DNA from: Microthyrium microscopicum
Lineage: Eukaryota
Direction: 5' to 3'
Assembly: GCA_010405405.1 (NCBI GenBank)
Contig: MU004230.1
Location: 4,420,282 to 4,484,281 of the forward strand
DNA: 64,000 nt
In this document: piece after piece, positions 48,752 through 60,243 of the stretch
How the letters are laid out: each line of letters starts with the position of its first letter
Position numbering within the stretch: position 1 is the stretch's first letter
Notes under the pieces: generated by a model
The model's database searches: none
Told to the model about the DNA's origin: nothing
The model's input: only the letters and a program-made list of their open reading frames with translations
Translations under genes and position numbers: made by a program

Positions 48752-50486
48752 GATTGGGCGCCTTGGAAGAGCCCCGAGTATATATACTAAGAACAAACCA
48801 GGCGGCTATCAGTAGTAGGTGTCCAGCAGCCTCACCAAGCACAACAGTCAGTGCTCGGTCTATGCTATCAAGCCACTGCACACCGAACAAACGGTAAGAT
48901 TCGGTGCAGATAGGAATCACTGAATCAGCGTTTCAGCCGAAAGAGCATTGAGCTTGCACGACGCAATCAGACGCAGCAATCGGGTACAGGTCAAACCTAG
49001 CGAATGAAATCAAACAGTATCAAGCAAAATGCAGCACAGAAACAAGTCTGCTTTTACCTTTAGAAGGTAGGAAAAAGCGGTGACTCTTGGAGCGCGTGAA
49101 TTGACAAGGTGCTTGATATCGTAGATTGAGGCTGGAATGGCGGGGCCAATTGATAACGGAAGATACAAGCTTGAACTTTAGCCCCTGCACGTAGTGCCAG
49201 TGTGCCACTTGACAGCCGTCGTCGGTAAGTGGGTATTGCTGATGCTGACTCTGGCCCTGGAAAGAGGGTTTGGGTGGATAATGATTATATGGTAATGGTA
49301 CGCGGCTGGCTTGTGAAAGTTCTGGTAGAGAGAAAGTTAGCATTGTATTCCAACCATTGCGTGACGCGTCGGTTATAAGCAAAGATATTGTAACAGTTGA
49401 CAGAAACCTTGAATCTAGATCTGTGGATGCACATTGATCTAAACCAGGGGACAATGCAAGACAAGGAATAAATTGAGGGGCATATCAATGTGGACACGCA
49501 CAATTGAACAATGGATTGGATTTAAAGCACGCCAACAAAGAGCATGTACTTTGAATCTTTCTCACTTTGAAAACGTCCCTAGAGACATGTCCCAAACCGG
49601 AACAAGGCTTTGAGGCTTTCAAAACAGCGAATATAGCTGCATAGACTTGCTTTATGGGGAAACGAGGAAAGGCTAACCTACCGAGAATTGTTATGATAAG
49701 CTCAAATCTCCAGGTTGTGGCGTTTTAAATCCCTGTATTGCTCCAGTATGACCAAATCTGATTCAATGCAGGGCTGAAGCTGGGACAAATCGAACAATGA
49801 GCAAGATGTTGGATGATTGTACGGTAAAAGGTAGAAAAGACTTCAACAACTGTTGAATTTGTTGTTGTGACTTTCGGTTCCGGACGAGTTGTAATTGTGT
49901 ACCGTTGTAGATATGTCGTATTGTGATTGTTGGGTGGTTTGATGTACTAATGCGTCGTATCTCGCTCGATCTGGTACCAAATCGGCGTAGAACGTACGAC
50001 TAACTGATCTGGCGAAGAAAAACGAGAGACTGAATGATTTTGAACTGAAATTGAGACCACTAGCACCAATGGGCAGTCCAATACAGATATGTACCATTAT
50101 ATTTATCTTCCAGAGCCATGCTAAACAATGTTGAACTTATATAACCGATATCGCGGCTCCTATCAATGGCGACATTGGTCAAGCTGAGAGCATGGTCTAG
50201 ATTCCCAATTTGGAGTCTGCAGGCGACCCGCTGATATTAAACACCAGGTTTAGCAGGCTTTTCAATCAACATGCTTGTTCGATGCTTGTAACGGATCCCT
50301 ACATCTCTTAGAGATCCAATACTGCAAAACAACATTGTTTCATAGTGGAATTGCCCACAAGTTTGCCCGTATAGAGGCTTTTGCAACATGTCAACTGTTA
50401 TCAATTCTGAAAACGAATCAACCTCTTCGAAGGCAGTGAAGAGATAGCTCTGCAACATTACTTCGCTTCTATAAAGAGCCCTAGGA

Positions 50487-51801
50487 TCAAATGGCAAATG
50501 GATCTCGTTGGACGGGACCAGTTGATTCGATACTAACAATCTTGATATCACTAGTTGAGGAATAAAATGGCCCTTCTTGTTTCTCTGCGTTTGACAACAC
50601 TGGACGAGACGGTACTCTAGTCAGCCGAAAAGCTGCCTTTTCTATCATGCAGTTAGAAACTAGTTTACTCGGAGACGAGTATTCTTAGACATACCACAAG
50701 CTGATTCGAATTTGGCGAAGGTATCATCATTACGAATGGTTGACGCAATCAGAATCTTTATTTGCGGATTTTTTTCCAGCAGAATTCGAAAACTGGATAT
50801 TAGTAGAGGGAACAACGAATCGTCAAAGGTCTTGCAAGGCGTCAATTCCTGTATTGAAAACATATGAGTATACCGTTGAGAAACTTACAATATCAGCACC
50901 AAGAACAGTGTCATACACGGTGCCAACGCCGCCTTCTCCATCATCAAGAGGTCTCCCCCAGCGTAGAACACGGCACGCGAGATGATGGCTTTTGTCGATT
51001 CCATTTAAAAACGCGTTGTCCTCCATGGCTAGAACAACGTCCTCGCTACCATCAGTAGCTAGTACACATGAAGCTTCAAGGTACTTGGAGCAGACTATGC
51101 TTACTAGGCCCGTTCCGGCCCCGAGTTCTAATACATTTTGGCCTCGAATATACTTCATACCCTCGGATGCCAGATATTCCGAAAGATACAAAGCAGCTTC
51201 CCAGGTTCGTAATCCTGTAGTTCCTGACGAGGCAATGACAGATTGGTTCTCCAGTAATGTGACCGTGGCTGTTTTCTCTCCTTTCGCGATGGAGGGGAAG
51301 GTATAGGTTACGTGTGCTTTTTGCTGAGCTGCATCCAGTTCAGAATTCGAGGGCTTGCTTATCAAAGCTGACAATGTATGTATTAAACAATCTGATATCT
51401 CCTGGTCCACTTCGTTAGATGTGATGTATGGAGTATCTTGTGACAAAATGCAAGCGATATTGAGGTGCTTTGATGACATTGCTATATTCTCCACTACGTA
51501 CATCAAGTTCCGGATCATCAAATTCATCCTCAACAACTTTCACAATTTTTCTCAGCACTTGAAGCTGGTACCGCTCAGGTGGTTGAGGAAGCAGCATGGT
51601 GTCAAAGTCGAACATATTGAAGAATATCCAGTCTTGAACTGTGATATGTTTGAGAACATGGTTCTGTGGCCATCTAAGCTTTTGAACTGGGACCAACTGA
51701 AAATACTGCTGTTGAAGGATTTCGAGTTCATGGAGAGATGAAGGTGCGACAAGCGCAACGGAAGTCTTAGTCGTCGAGAATCCAGTATTGTGCTCCGACA
51801 T
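50487..51801 (-). CDS. EFM3: Protein-lysine methyltransferase Efm3/EEF2KMT (exons 51801-51502, 51401-50889, 50830-50695, 50642-50487)
   Basis: QQYFQL..PPERYQLQVLR (FAM86-like), GTTGLRTWEAA, VLELGAGTGL, ATDG, LGADI. Confidence 0.85.
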
Positions 51802-51920
51802 ATTTTTCCCAAGCTCTTTCGATTCGATGTAGATGCCTCATAGCAAATCCTGTCGACGTCCTTAACCTCCAGATAAATTGATGGGCAGACGAATATGGTA
51901 CGGGAAAAATAAAAGTGATG

Positions 51921-51987
51921 AGCCCTAAGCGCGGAAAGAAGCGGCGGCAGTTTTCACCAATGAAACGCCATCCCACCATCCACGTGA
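51921..51987. promoter_or_regulatory. Ribosomal-protein promoter motifs: AGCCCTAA (Tbf1-type) and CACGTGA (Cbf1-type)
   Basis: AGCCCTAA at 51921-51928 and CACGTGA at 51981-51987 upstream of RPS24. Tbf1 plus Cbf1 is the known RP regulatory pair in Candida albicans. Confidence 0.55.
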
Positions 51988-52119
51988 TGCACTCGCACAC
52001 CAATTCAAATCGAATCCTCAGACGACCACCCACAGAACCACGACAACTTTTGGCTCCGAATAGAGGCGTTCGAGAGCAACACCATCAATCGAAACCCGAT
52101 ACACTACCTTCCTGCCTCT

Positions 52120-52209
52120 GTACGTTTATTCTCTCCGGATTTACCGCACCAAAAGACGATTGCGCACCTGATACCTGTGATGACCAACCGCTAATGCCAC
52201 TTTTCACAG
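52120..52209 (+). other. Probable 5'-UTR intron of RPS24
   Basis: GTACGT...GCTAAT...TTTTCACAG ending 32 nt before the ATG. Confidence 0.7.
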
Positions 52210-52241
52210 AAATCTCCCTCTCAAGTGCCTCAATCGCCAAC

Positions 52242-52856
52242 ATGGCCGATTCCCAGGTTACCCTACGAACTCGCAAGTTCATCCGAAACCCGCTCCTTCA
52301 GCGCCGACAGATGGTCGTGTAAGTCGATCCCCATACTTGAACTCGTGGGCAGGTGGAATGAGGTCTTGGACTCGGAAGGCAAAAATATACATTATGGAAG
52401 AATGTGGCTCGGATGGAGTCGCGCCAACATACTCAATGAAAGCACAAAGCTGACATTTGCTCTCTACAGGGACGTTCTCCACCCAAACCGTGCCAATGTC
52501 GCCAAGGACGAGCTCCGCGTGAAGCTTAGCGAAATCTACAAGTCACCAAAAGACACTGTTTCCGTCTTCGGTTTCCGCACCCAGTTCGGTGGTGGAAAGA
52601 GCACTGGCTTTGCTCTCGTCTACGACTCGGAGGAGGCCCTCAAGAAATTCGAGCCTCACTACCGTCTTGTACGCTACGACTTGGCCAAGAAGATCGAGAA
52701 GGCCAGCAGACAACAGCGTAAGCTTACTACATTGTTCGAGGACATCGTGGACAACCATGCTGATATATTTCTACAGGCAAGCAACGCAAGAACCGAGCCA
52801 AAGAGCACCGTGGTACAGCAAAGACTAAGGGTGCCAAGAAAAAGAAGGATTCATAG
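52242..52856 (+). CDS. RPS24: 40S ribosomal protein S24 (eS24) (exons 52242-52318, 52470-52717, 52777-52856)
   Basis: [56 protein letters not shown]. Confidence 0.97.
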
Positions 52857-53303
52857 ATGGTTGTATGATTTGGGCAGGGTTGCCATTGAACAGCGGAATC
52901 CGGTGGGCATGGTTTTGCGGTTCTCGAATCATTCTTGTGTTCAGATAGGACTGTGTCTCCGGTACGAGCATGTCATTCTTGCACTGGGGTTGGCGTATGG
53001 TCAAAATTCAAAGTCTGCATCATAAATCTGGCAATCCTTCCCCGTGATATTTCAATTGCACACGATCCATATTTTCGAAGCAGCTTGAAACGACAATGTT
53101 CTACTTTGATTACGCCCACTTTTTTCTTCTACTGATACAACACAGCTATCCATCGCATAATTTGTACAAGATATTCCTACGTCACCAACACCACACCAAC
53201 GAATTCAATGAGTGTCTAGTAATACAATTCAATTGACACATTAATAATACAATCACGATGTGCGCCCCCACTGGAAGTTAAGATACATATTCCCAGCATT
53301 ATC

Positions 53304-54047
53304 CTACAATGCTTCTTCCGGCTTTTCAGCTTCTGCCACACCGCTTGCACGAGTCTCTTTTGGGAGAATTGTCCGAAATTTTCTCGGATTTTCTTTGACC
53401 CCTTCACCGTTGCTTATATTTCGCAACGTAGAGGGGCGAGGTTTTTCTGGAACAAGCATTCCATGTTCCTTAAAAGCAGGTGCGGCATTTAACGGTTCAG
53501 TGAACGCTGTTGACGGGCGAGGCTGCCAGGGCTGTGTCGCGGGAGCTATTGGAATTAATAGTTTCAGTTGCGGACGAGGAGGTTTTGGTGTTTGTAGCGA
53601 GGCTTTTGTGTTGAGAGTGTGGGAAGTAGGATCTGAGAGAGAATGGTCCCGTGGAATTGCTCTTGGTACTTCTGTGGTGGTCATTTGATTGCTTTGAGCT
53701 GCTCTGGTACCATGTTGCAAGAGCACAGGAGTTTGAGTGTTGGCATGGTCGTTTGTGGATGGCAACGCATGAAACTGAAGTGGCATTCCAAGACCATCCA
53801 AACCTATCAGAGGTTGTTCCGCAGTCAGGACAGCGTCTGAGATAAAATCTTCCTATAATGCTGTCAAAAGCGCTCCATCCAGGACCTCTGGGTTGTCTTG
53901 AGTTGTACTGAGCAAGTTATGGTCAGATACAGAGGTTCGAGAGATGCCGTCGTCGTTCGCTAGTGGCAGAAGAGGAGGGTCCATCAGAACGTTAAGCTCA
54001 CTATGTCCCGCGATTGCATGAGAGGAAGTGATTGAGGTAGCATCTTT
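53304..54047 (-). other. In-frame Pro-rich continuation downstream of the VPS72 stop (one internal TAG at 53855-53853); possible readthrough extension or separate hypothetical gene
   Basis: Same reading frame as VPS72; includes the 165-aa ORF 53304-53801. Confidence 0.4.
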
Positions 54048-56435
54048 CTACGGTGCTGCTATGGATGCTTCTTTGGTATCTTGAGCAGCTCCTGGTCCAT
54101 TCCGTACAGGCACAGAGGCTGGAGCGCTGACAATGTCACTCGCGGGCTTTGAAACCGGAGTGGTTACTGGTCCGCTGGCCGGAGCAACCGGAGCAGACGG
54201 TGTTGACGGGCTAGCCTGCGATTTAGCCTTCTCTTCAGCAGCAGCTTTCCTCTCGTCTTCGGCAGCCTTCTTCTTCGCTAGCTGTTCAGCTTCCTCCTTG
54301 CCCTCCGGTGAGTCCTTCCCAAACCACACACCCTTCGGAACGCCCTTGGCAGGCGCCGCATCACCTAGCCAGCACTGGAGCATGTCACTCCAGCGCCCCT
54401 GTCCCGACACGACATTTCGAATACTCTTATATGCATCTGACGTAGCATATGGCAATGCAGTCTGCGGGTCACGATACCTTGCTACCTGCCCCGTAATCAC
54501 ACAATGCATTGCCCGCCTGGAGATATAGCGCGTGTTATGGCGAGGATGAGACGAAGCCGGTATCAGCGGATTATAGTTTGAGAGTTCCTCCGGTTTGGGG
54601 ACAGCATTGGGATCAAGTGCTGCCTCACTTATAGAGAGGCGGCCGATTGGAGGGAGAATGGCATCTGTTGGAGGTGCAGGTGGAACGGTGAAGAGGGTGC
54701 GAATGATCATATCTTTGTCTTTTTCTGCTGCGGAGACGCGTGCGCCGCCCCATCTGCCACCGGTAGTCGTAGACTCAGCTTCATGCTCGCGTTCGGCTTT
54801 GCGGGTGCGGGCGTCGAGTTTAGGGAATGAGGTTAGTGTGATTAGGGAGCGGCGGGCTATTAATTGGACCTCTGGTAATGGTTCTGGTTTTGGTGGGCTC
54901 GGAAACTGATATTGAGATACCGATTGGTATGTAGATAACGCTGAAGGATGGGGTAATAGAGGCGTCGAAGTAGACGGCCCTGAAAGAAGAGGTGCTGGAG
55001 ACATTGAAGTAGACGGCGCTGGCGGCTGAGATGCTATAGGCGCTGGAGTAGTTGGCGGTGCAGCGGGAGGAAGATTGAGAGATTGCGGATTTGCTGATGG
55101 CGAGGCAGCCAAGATGCTAGCTAATGTCTGTCGCGGCTCTTGATGTGCCCCTGGGGTTGATTGCGACCCATCTCGCGGAAGTGAAGCCCAGTATTCAATG
55201 CCATCCAAAAATCCGGGTGGTTTGGAAGGCTGATCACCTGCTGTTTTGACGATATCAACTGGAGGTGGATCAACGTCCATAGCTGACGAGGAAAGCTCTC
55301 GCTCTGCTCCAGCCGTTGCGGCCGCCGTATCGGTAGATGCTGAACCAGCTGCTGATCCCGGTGCATTCCCATTGGGAACTTTCGAATCAATCTCCATAGA
55401 ACTGTCCTTCCTAAGAACAGAATCTGCATGATCTGATCCGCTGGGTCTGATAGGCAGATCTCCGTTGATTTGGCCATCCACACTGCTCTGTTGTAGCTTT
55501 TTTTGAGCTTTCTTCTCGTCCTCATCAACGATTTCGATCAATCGTTGTTTCCCAACACCTTTCAGCGTGTCGTTTGACCAGAGTGCGGGACCACTGTAAT
55601 AGGTGATGACTGGTCCCTCTAATCGTCGACTCTTCAAAGCTGCAAGCTTGGCCTTTCTTTCCTCCTGTCTCTGAGTTTCGAGAGTTTCCCAGCGATTCAC
55701 AGTTGTAACGTTTTCTCTCTCAACTTCAGCTGCATGAGCCAATCTTTCCTCTTGTGTCATGGGCTTCTTCTCAGTAGTTTTCTTGCGCTCTTCTGCCGCT
55801 TGCATCTTTGCCAGCGTGGAAACTCTCTTCTTCTCATTTTCCTTCAGCTTTTGAACTGTTGCTTGTTTATTCTGTACAGCAAGCCGTCTAGTTGAAGCAC
55901 GAACTGCTGAAGAATCTGGAAGCCAAGAAGTCCGTTCCGATTTCTTCTTTGGTCGAGATTGTGAGTCCGGCGTACTCGGCCCAGGCGTACTCTCTTGAGA
56001 CTTGAGGATCGGCGCATACCTCAACTTTTTCAACTTCATAGTCTGCTGCAGCAAACTCAACGCCTTTCTCTTCTTCCCCTGACCCTCCTTCTCCGATTTC
56101 TGCAGCTCCTTCTCGCCCTGCTCTTCATCTCCTCCCTCCCCATCCTCCTCCTCACTTGAACTCGACATATCCACATCACCATCCTCAGCTCCTTCCCCGG
56201 CAAACTCCTGATCATTCGCCGCCTCTAGAAAAATATCCGCATACTCATCTTCCTCCGTATGCTCCTCCTCTTCTTCGGCACCAGCAAGCTCGAGCAATTT
56301 CGCCATACGGTTTCCCGCATTGGCCCGGCGCTCGCGCGTCACGACCATGGCGGGCTCATTGTCTGAGGATGATGAATTCTCATCTTCTTCGGAATTATGC
56401 TGGGAAGATTGCGATATCTGCTCCTCGGTATCCAT
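54048..56435 (-). CDS. VPS72: SWR1 complex subunit Vps72/Swc2 (YL1)
   Basis: RERRANAGNRMAKLL, MTQEERLAHA, and YL1_C-type CVITGQVARYRDPQTALPYAT. Confidence 0.9.
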   Translation of the reverse strand: MDTEEQISQSSQHNSEEDENSSSSDNEPAMVVTRERRANAGNRMAKLLELAGAEEEEEHTEEDEYADIFLEAANDQEFAGEGAEDGDVDMSSSSEEEDGEGGDEEQGEKELQKSEKEGQGKKRKALSLLQQTMKLKKLRYAPILKSQESTPGPSTPDSQSRPKKKSERTSWLPDSSAVRASTRRLAVQNKQATVQKLKENEKKRVSTLAKMQAAEERKKTTEKKPMTQEERLAHAAEVERENVTTVNRWETLETQRQEERKAKLAALKSRRLEGPVITYYSGPALWSNDTLKGVGKQRLIEIVDEDEKKAQKKLQQSSVDGQINGDLPIRPSGSDHADSVLRKDSSMEIDSKVPNGNAPGSAAGSASTDTAAATAGAERELSSSAMDVDPPPVDIVKTAGDQPSKPPGFLDGIEYWASLPRDGSQSTPGAHQEPRQTLASILAASPSANPQSLNLPPAAPPTTPAPIASQPPAPSTSMSPAPLLSGPSTSTPLLPHPSALSTYQSVSQYQFPSPPKPEPLPEVQLIARRSLITLTSFPKLDARTRKAEREHEAESTTTGGRWGGARVSAAEKDKDMIIRTLFTVPPAPPTDAILPPIGRLSISEAALDPNAVPKPEELSNYNPLIPASSHPRHNTRYISRRAMHCVITGQVARYRDPQTALPYATSDAYKSIRNVVSGQGRWSDMLQCWLGDAAPAKGVPKGVWFGKDSPEGKEEAEQLAKKKAAEDERKAAAEEKAKSQASPSTPSAPVAPASGPVTTPVSKPASDIVSAPASVPVRNGPGAAQDTKEASIAAP

Positions 56436-59400
56436 GTCTTTGGTCTTTGCGCCGCGGCTAGATGCGCGGGGTTGATATCGACGTGGGCCTGAAATTACAA
56501 GAGGTGCAGATGTGGTGTCTTAAGATCGTTGTTAAGACGCGGTGGGGGGATATCGCGGGGGATCGCGGCAAGGGCAATGATGGAGTGGGCCGAGAGTCCG
56601 TAACAGGCTGTATGCCTGGACTATCATAGGTTTTTTTGGCTGTAGACCAACGAGATAGACGGTTGTATGATCGGTGCGTCTTCAGCAAAGAAGTCACAGG
56701 CAGCAAGAGGATGCGCTTGGCGCATGGGTTAAGTTCGCAGGGTGAACGGCGGGGCAGATGGGCTGGGATGGCGAGGATGCGGACGGAGAGTGGTCTGGGC
56801 GATGGAAGTTCCTGGGTGGTGGTGATGTCTGAGGAACATTGCTGATTTTCGGAGAATGATCATCAATCCGCGATGTTGTTGTTGTAACTCAAACTTTTGA
56901 AGCCGAAGGGGTGAGGTAAGCCATCTTGGAGATGCATGGGCCTGGTGTTCTGCCTGGCCCCTTCCCGATCTTGACCTTGGAGTTGGACCCCCTCGCAACT
57001 GCATGTGTATGTATTTGAGAGTGGATCATGGTTTCCTGAAGAGTTACGGTAGAACACCATGAGATGCACTTGATAGAATCGGAAACCTTCAACTTTTACC
57101 ATCTCCAGCACAACGGTAAACTTCACAATCGAACTCTTCATAAGGCGTAGCGTACTTCATGCTTAGCACCGTGATACTCGATCAGACAAACACCTCTATT
57201 ACCCATTCCCATCAGGGTTCACCATCGCCACCGTGTTCCGCTAGGAACCCAACCTGTACCTTTTTCGAAACATCCCTCAGATAAATGAACCAAAAAAACC
57301 AACACCATCCACCAGAGCCGCAGGTCCGTAAATTTGCCGGACTTTTGCCAGAATGTTGGTCGGCTGATATCCGAGCACATACACAGTCGACAAAGGAAGC
57401 ATGTTCTCCTTCTAGCGTGTTATGAATAGATTGCAAAGGTTGAACAAAGTTGCCCAAACTTTTCTAATGTCCGAGGCTCAACCTGTTCAAGGACTCGAAA
57501 GAGATGCAAAGGAGCAAAACAAGTTGCTTCATGCAAATAGCATACTGCATATCAAACATACCCAATAGACCCGTCGCACTACCTATTTGCAACAAGGTAA
57601 TCCCGAGTTGAAAGGAAAGTAGTGCGGAACGGAACGTCTCTTGAGATCCACCATGTCCGTCCAATGCTTGTCCAACCACAACCATTGATGGGAAACCTCT
57701 CTTGCAAAATCTCGGGATGTAATAAATGGAGGGGTTGAACATTGTTCTCCCACTTAGTGAATCTGCAACAGCGGGCAAGCGGCCCCAGCATTTCCCCCAT
57801 TAAGCGCCATTATTTCTTCGTGTTTCAAATCTGAAATGGGATCCAATGAACGACAAGAATGAGACTTGCGACAAGCTGCCTCAGCATGTTCTGGGGATTA
57901 GGCTTAGTGTGGTTTTGTTTAGCTTGTTAGATGGCTGGATCAGTTTTGGTTGAATTCAGATGTCTTCCTGGAATCAAAGAACTGACGAGTACAGACTTGG
58001 AAGCGATCAGCCCGTCTTAGCAGGGCTCCTTGACAATGGACTTTTTTTAGTTGTGCTACTGTTCTTGAGGGGCCGATATGAGGGGCCGATGTATGAAGTG
58101 TATGAACTTGATCATCGAGAGATTGACTCTGGGTTTATTGTTTAGAATTCCAACATTATACTTGCAGTCGTCAGTCTTGGCGTTGATATCGGTACCTTTA
58201 TGATGATAGTATTGAAAGATAAATCAAGGCACAATCCTTCAATGGATCATAGAGCATTGGAGGAGGAATAGAGACTTTTGTTGAAACAACAAACTTGGAT
58301 CTTGGCGTAGACACGTTGTAGGTATTAATTTTTCTCATAGACCAAACAAAAAAGTTTCCACCTCCTGTTATGCTCCTAGCATGTTCATTATGACCATTGG
58401 CTCAACAGATCAAGTCTCCATAGTAAAACCCAGTATAAGTCATTGTGATATTGCAGATAATTTACCAAGTTTATCAATCCGTCATAAGCAAGTGTCATTG
58501 ATAGACAGCTGCCCCTGTATTGAAAGTATATCATACAGGTGAGAACATAGATCGTGGGTACAAAAGATGAAGTATATCAAGCAGAATGTTATGATGTGCT
58601 GGGACCAGTGGTAACACCTAAACACTTCTGATAACTCAATCTGAAGGGATAAGCAAATGACGTTGTGATAGCCCTAGCAGTTTGTTATTGGCAACCCGGA
58701 AATGGGATTTAGGCTACACCATGAAGAAAAGTCCACGATCTTAGAATAGTTGCATAGGAAGGCAGTCAGCAAGGTTTGGTGGTGAGGGCTCGATGGAGCG
58801 CAAGGAGGTTTTGTTAGCTCCAGAGCCCCTTTTTAATGATTTCAATAGGGAGAGTCTGTTTGAGGTTCTGGAAACGGACTGGCGGTGGGTTAGTCAGGTA
58901 TCAGAAGATGTGCAGGTCGCTGACAGAATAACAAACGCTTTTGGGTGCTGGAAAGGTGTTGTTCATTCAGTTACTTTGAGATACATACACCTTTTGTACT
59001 CAGAATGGTTCAATGTATGATATAGCTAGAGCGTAGCGATATTAATGGTACAGGTCAGATGTCTTCAACAGGCATAATGATTGAGATGCTCTGCCATACT
59101 TTCCAAGGCGTTGAATAGGGACGGAGACGGATATGGTGCAAGTGATAACGTGTACAGGGGTAGAATATGTAACGAGGCCTCAAGGGAAGGAGAGGCTTGG
59201 CGGATTGGTTGCTCTTGCCTGCTTCGTTGGAGTCCCTGAAATCCTAGCGTGAGTGGGCAGTGGCTCCTGCTTCGTCTCTCTTTGCGGCTGCCACTCTCAG
59301 TCTTACACTGGCTGGTAGGCCTGGTCGTGCCTGCACTCAACTGGGCACTTCCTTCTTCGTCCTCCAACTTGCTCCTGTGCTCCTTCTCTCCCACTTATTG

Positions 59401-60243
59401 TATTCGTAATTCCCCAATTCCCCCCCTTAGCCTCTGCTACTTGTCACTGCCATCTCTTTTGATGCTATTCTGTCTGTTGCTTTAATTCGACGACTTCTCT
59501 CCTTCCTTGTCGTCTTGTTCTGTCCCTTCCTCCCTTGGGTCCTTCTACCAAAGCCTGGGTCGCTCCTGTCCTTCTCAGTTCACCACCTCCCATTGCACCT
59601 TCCACAATTCAACTCCCGCCCCAGAGCCTCGTACGATCTTACCATTTGATTCATACTAGTAATCCTCCATCTTGCCTGTTCTCCAGACTCGACGACTACT
59701 GTCTGTCTGTATATTCTGCTTCTGAACCATCTCGATTCCGAGCCCGTCTACTGGTAATATTCCTTGGTCCTCGTCTGCTAGCTGCCGTCTTCCACCTCGG
59801 TCACTGCTTCTACCTCTACATTGTCCACACTCGATATTATACACTTGGCTTGTCGACCTTTGAGCCTCTACTTAACTACAAATTCGGTCGATTCCATCAA
59901 GTTCAACGTTATACAGTCGACTTCTTCGTCCTTGGATTGCCCTGGATCAACGCTTCTGACCATTCGATTCATTACGCGGCCCGCATGCCCACCGTTTGCT
60001 CCGACTCCTGAGACAATTGTCGAGAGACACAGCTGGACTGGACTTTTCGATACCATCTCGACCCATATTACCGGACTTGGCGCTCTTTGTCAGTGCTGTT
60101 TAGGATAGCTTCGTGCTGCCCGTACACTCCTTTGGCCGGTTCCATTGATTCGCTTCCTCCAATCCGATAATTCATCGGAACACGCGGTTGCAAGCAATCG
60201 CGTTCGGCCTAATTCTTTACGGTCCCTAAGTGCATAATTCATA

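Noticed and set aside
52120..52209. Box C/D snoRNA in the RPS24 leader intron (TGTGATGA, CTGA)
   Set aside because: The boxes are in the wrong order and too close to the branch point.
56500..59300. Long intergenic region as a possible transposon or ncRNA (telomerase RNA, RNase P/MRP, snRNA)
   Set aside because: No terminal repeats, transposase motifs, telomeric template or conserved ncRNA boxes could be identified by eye.
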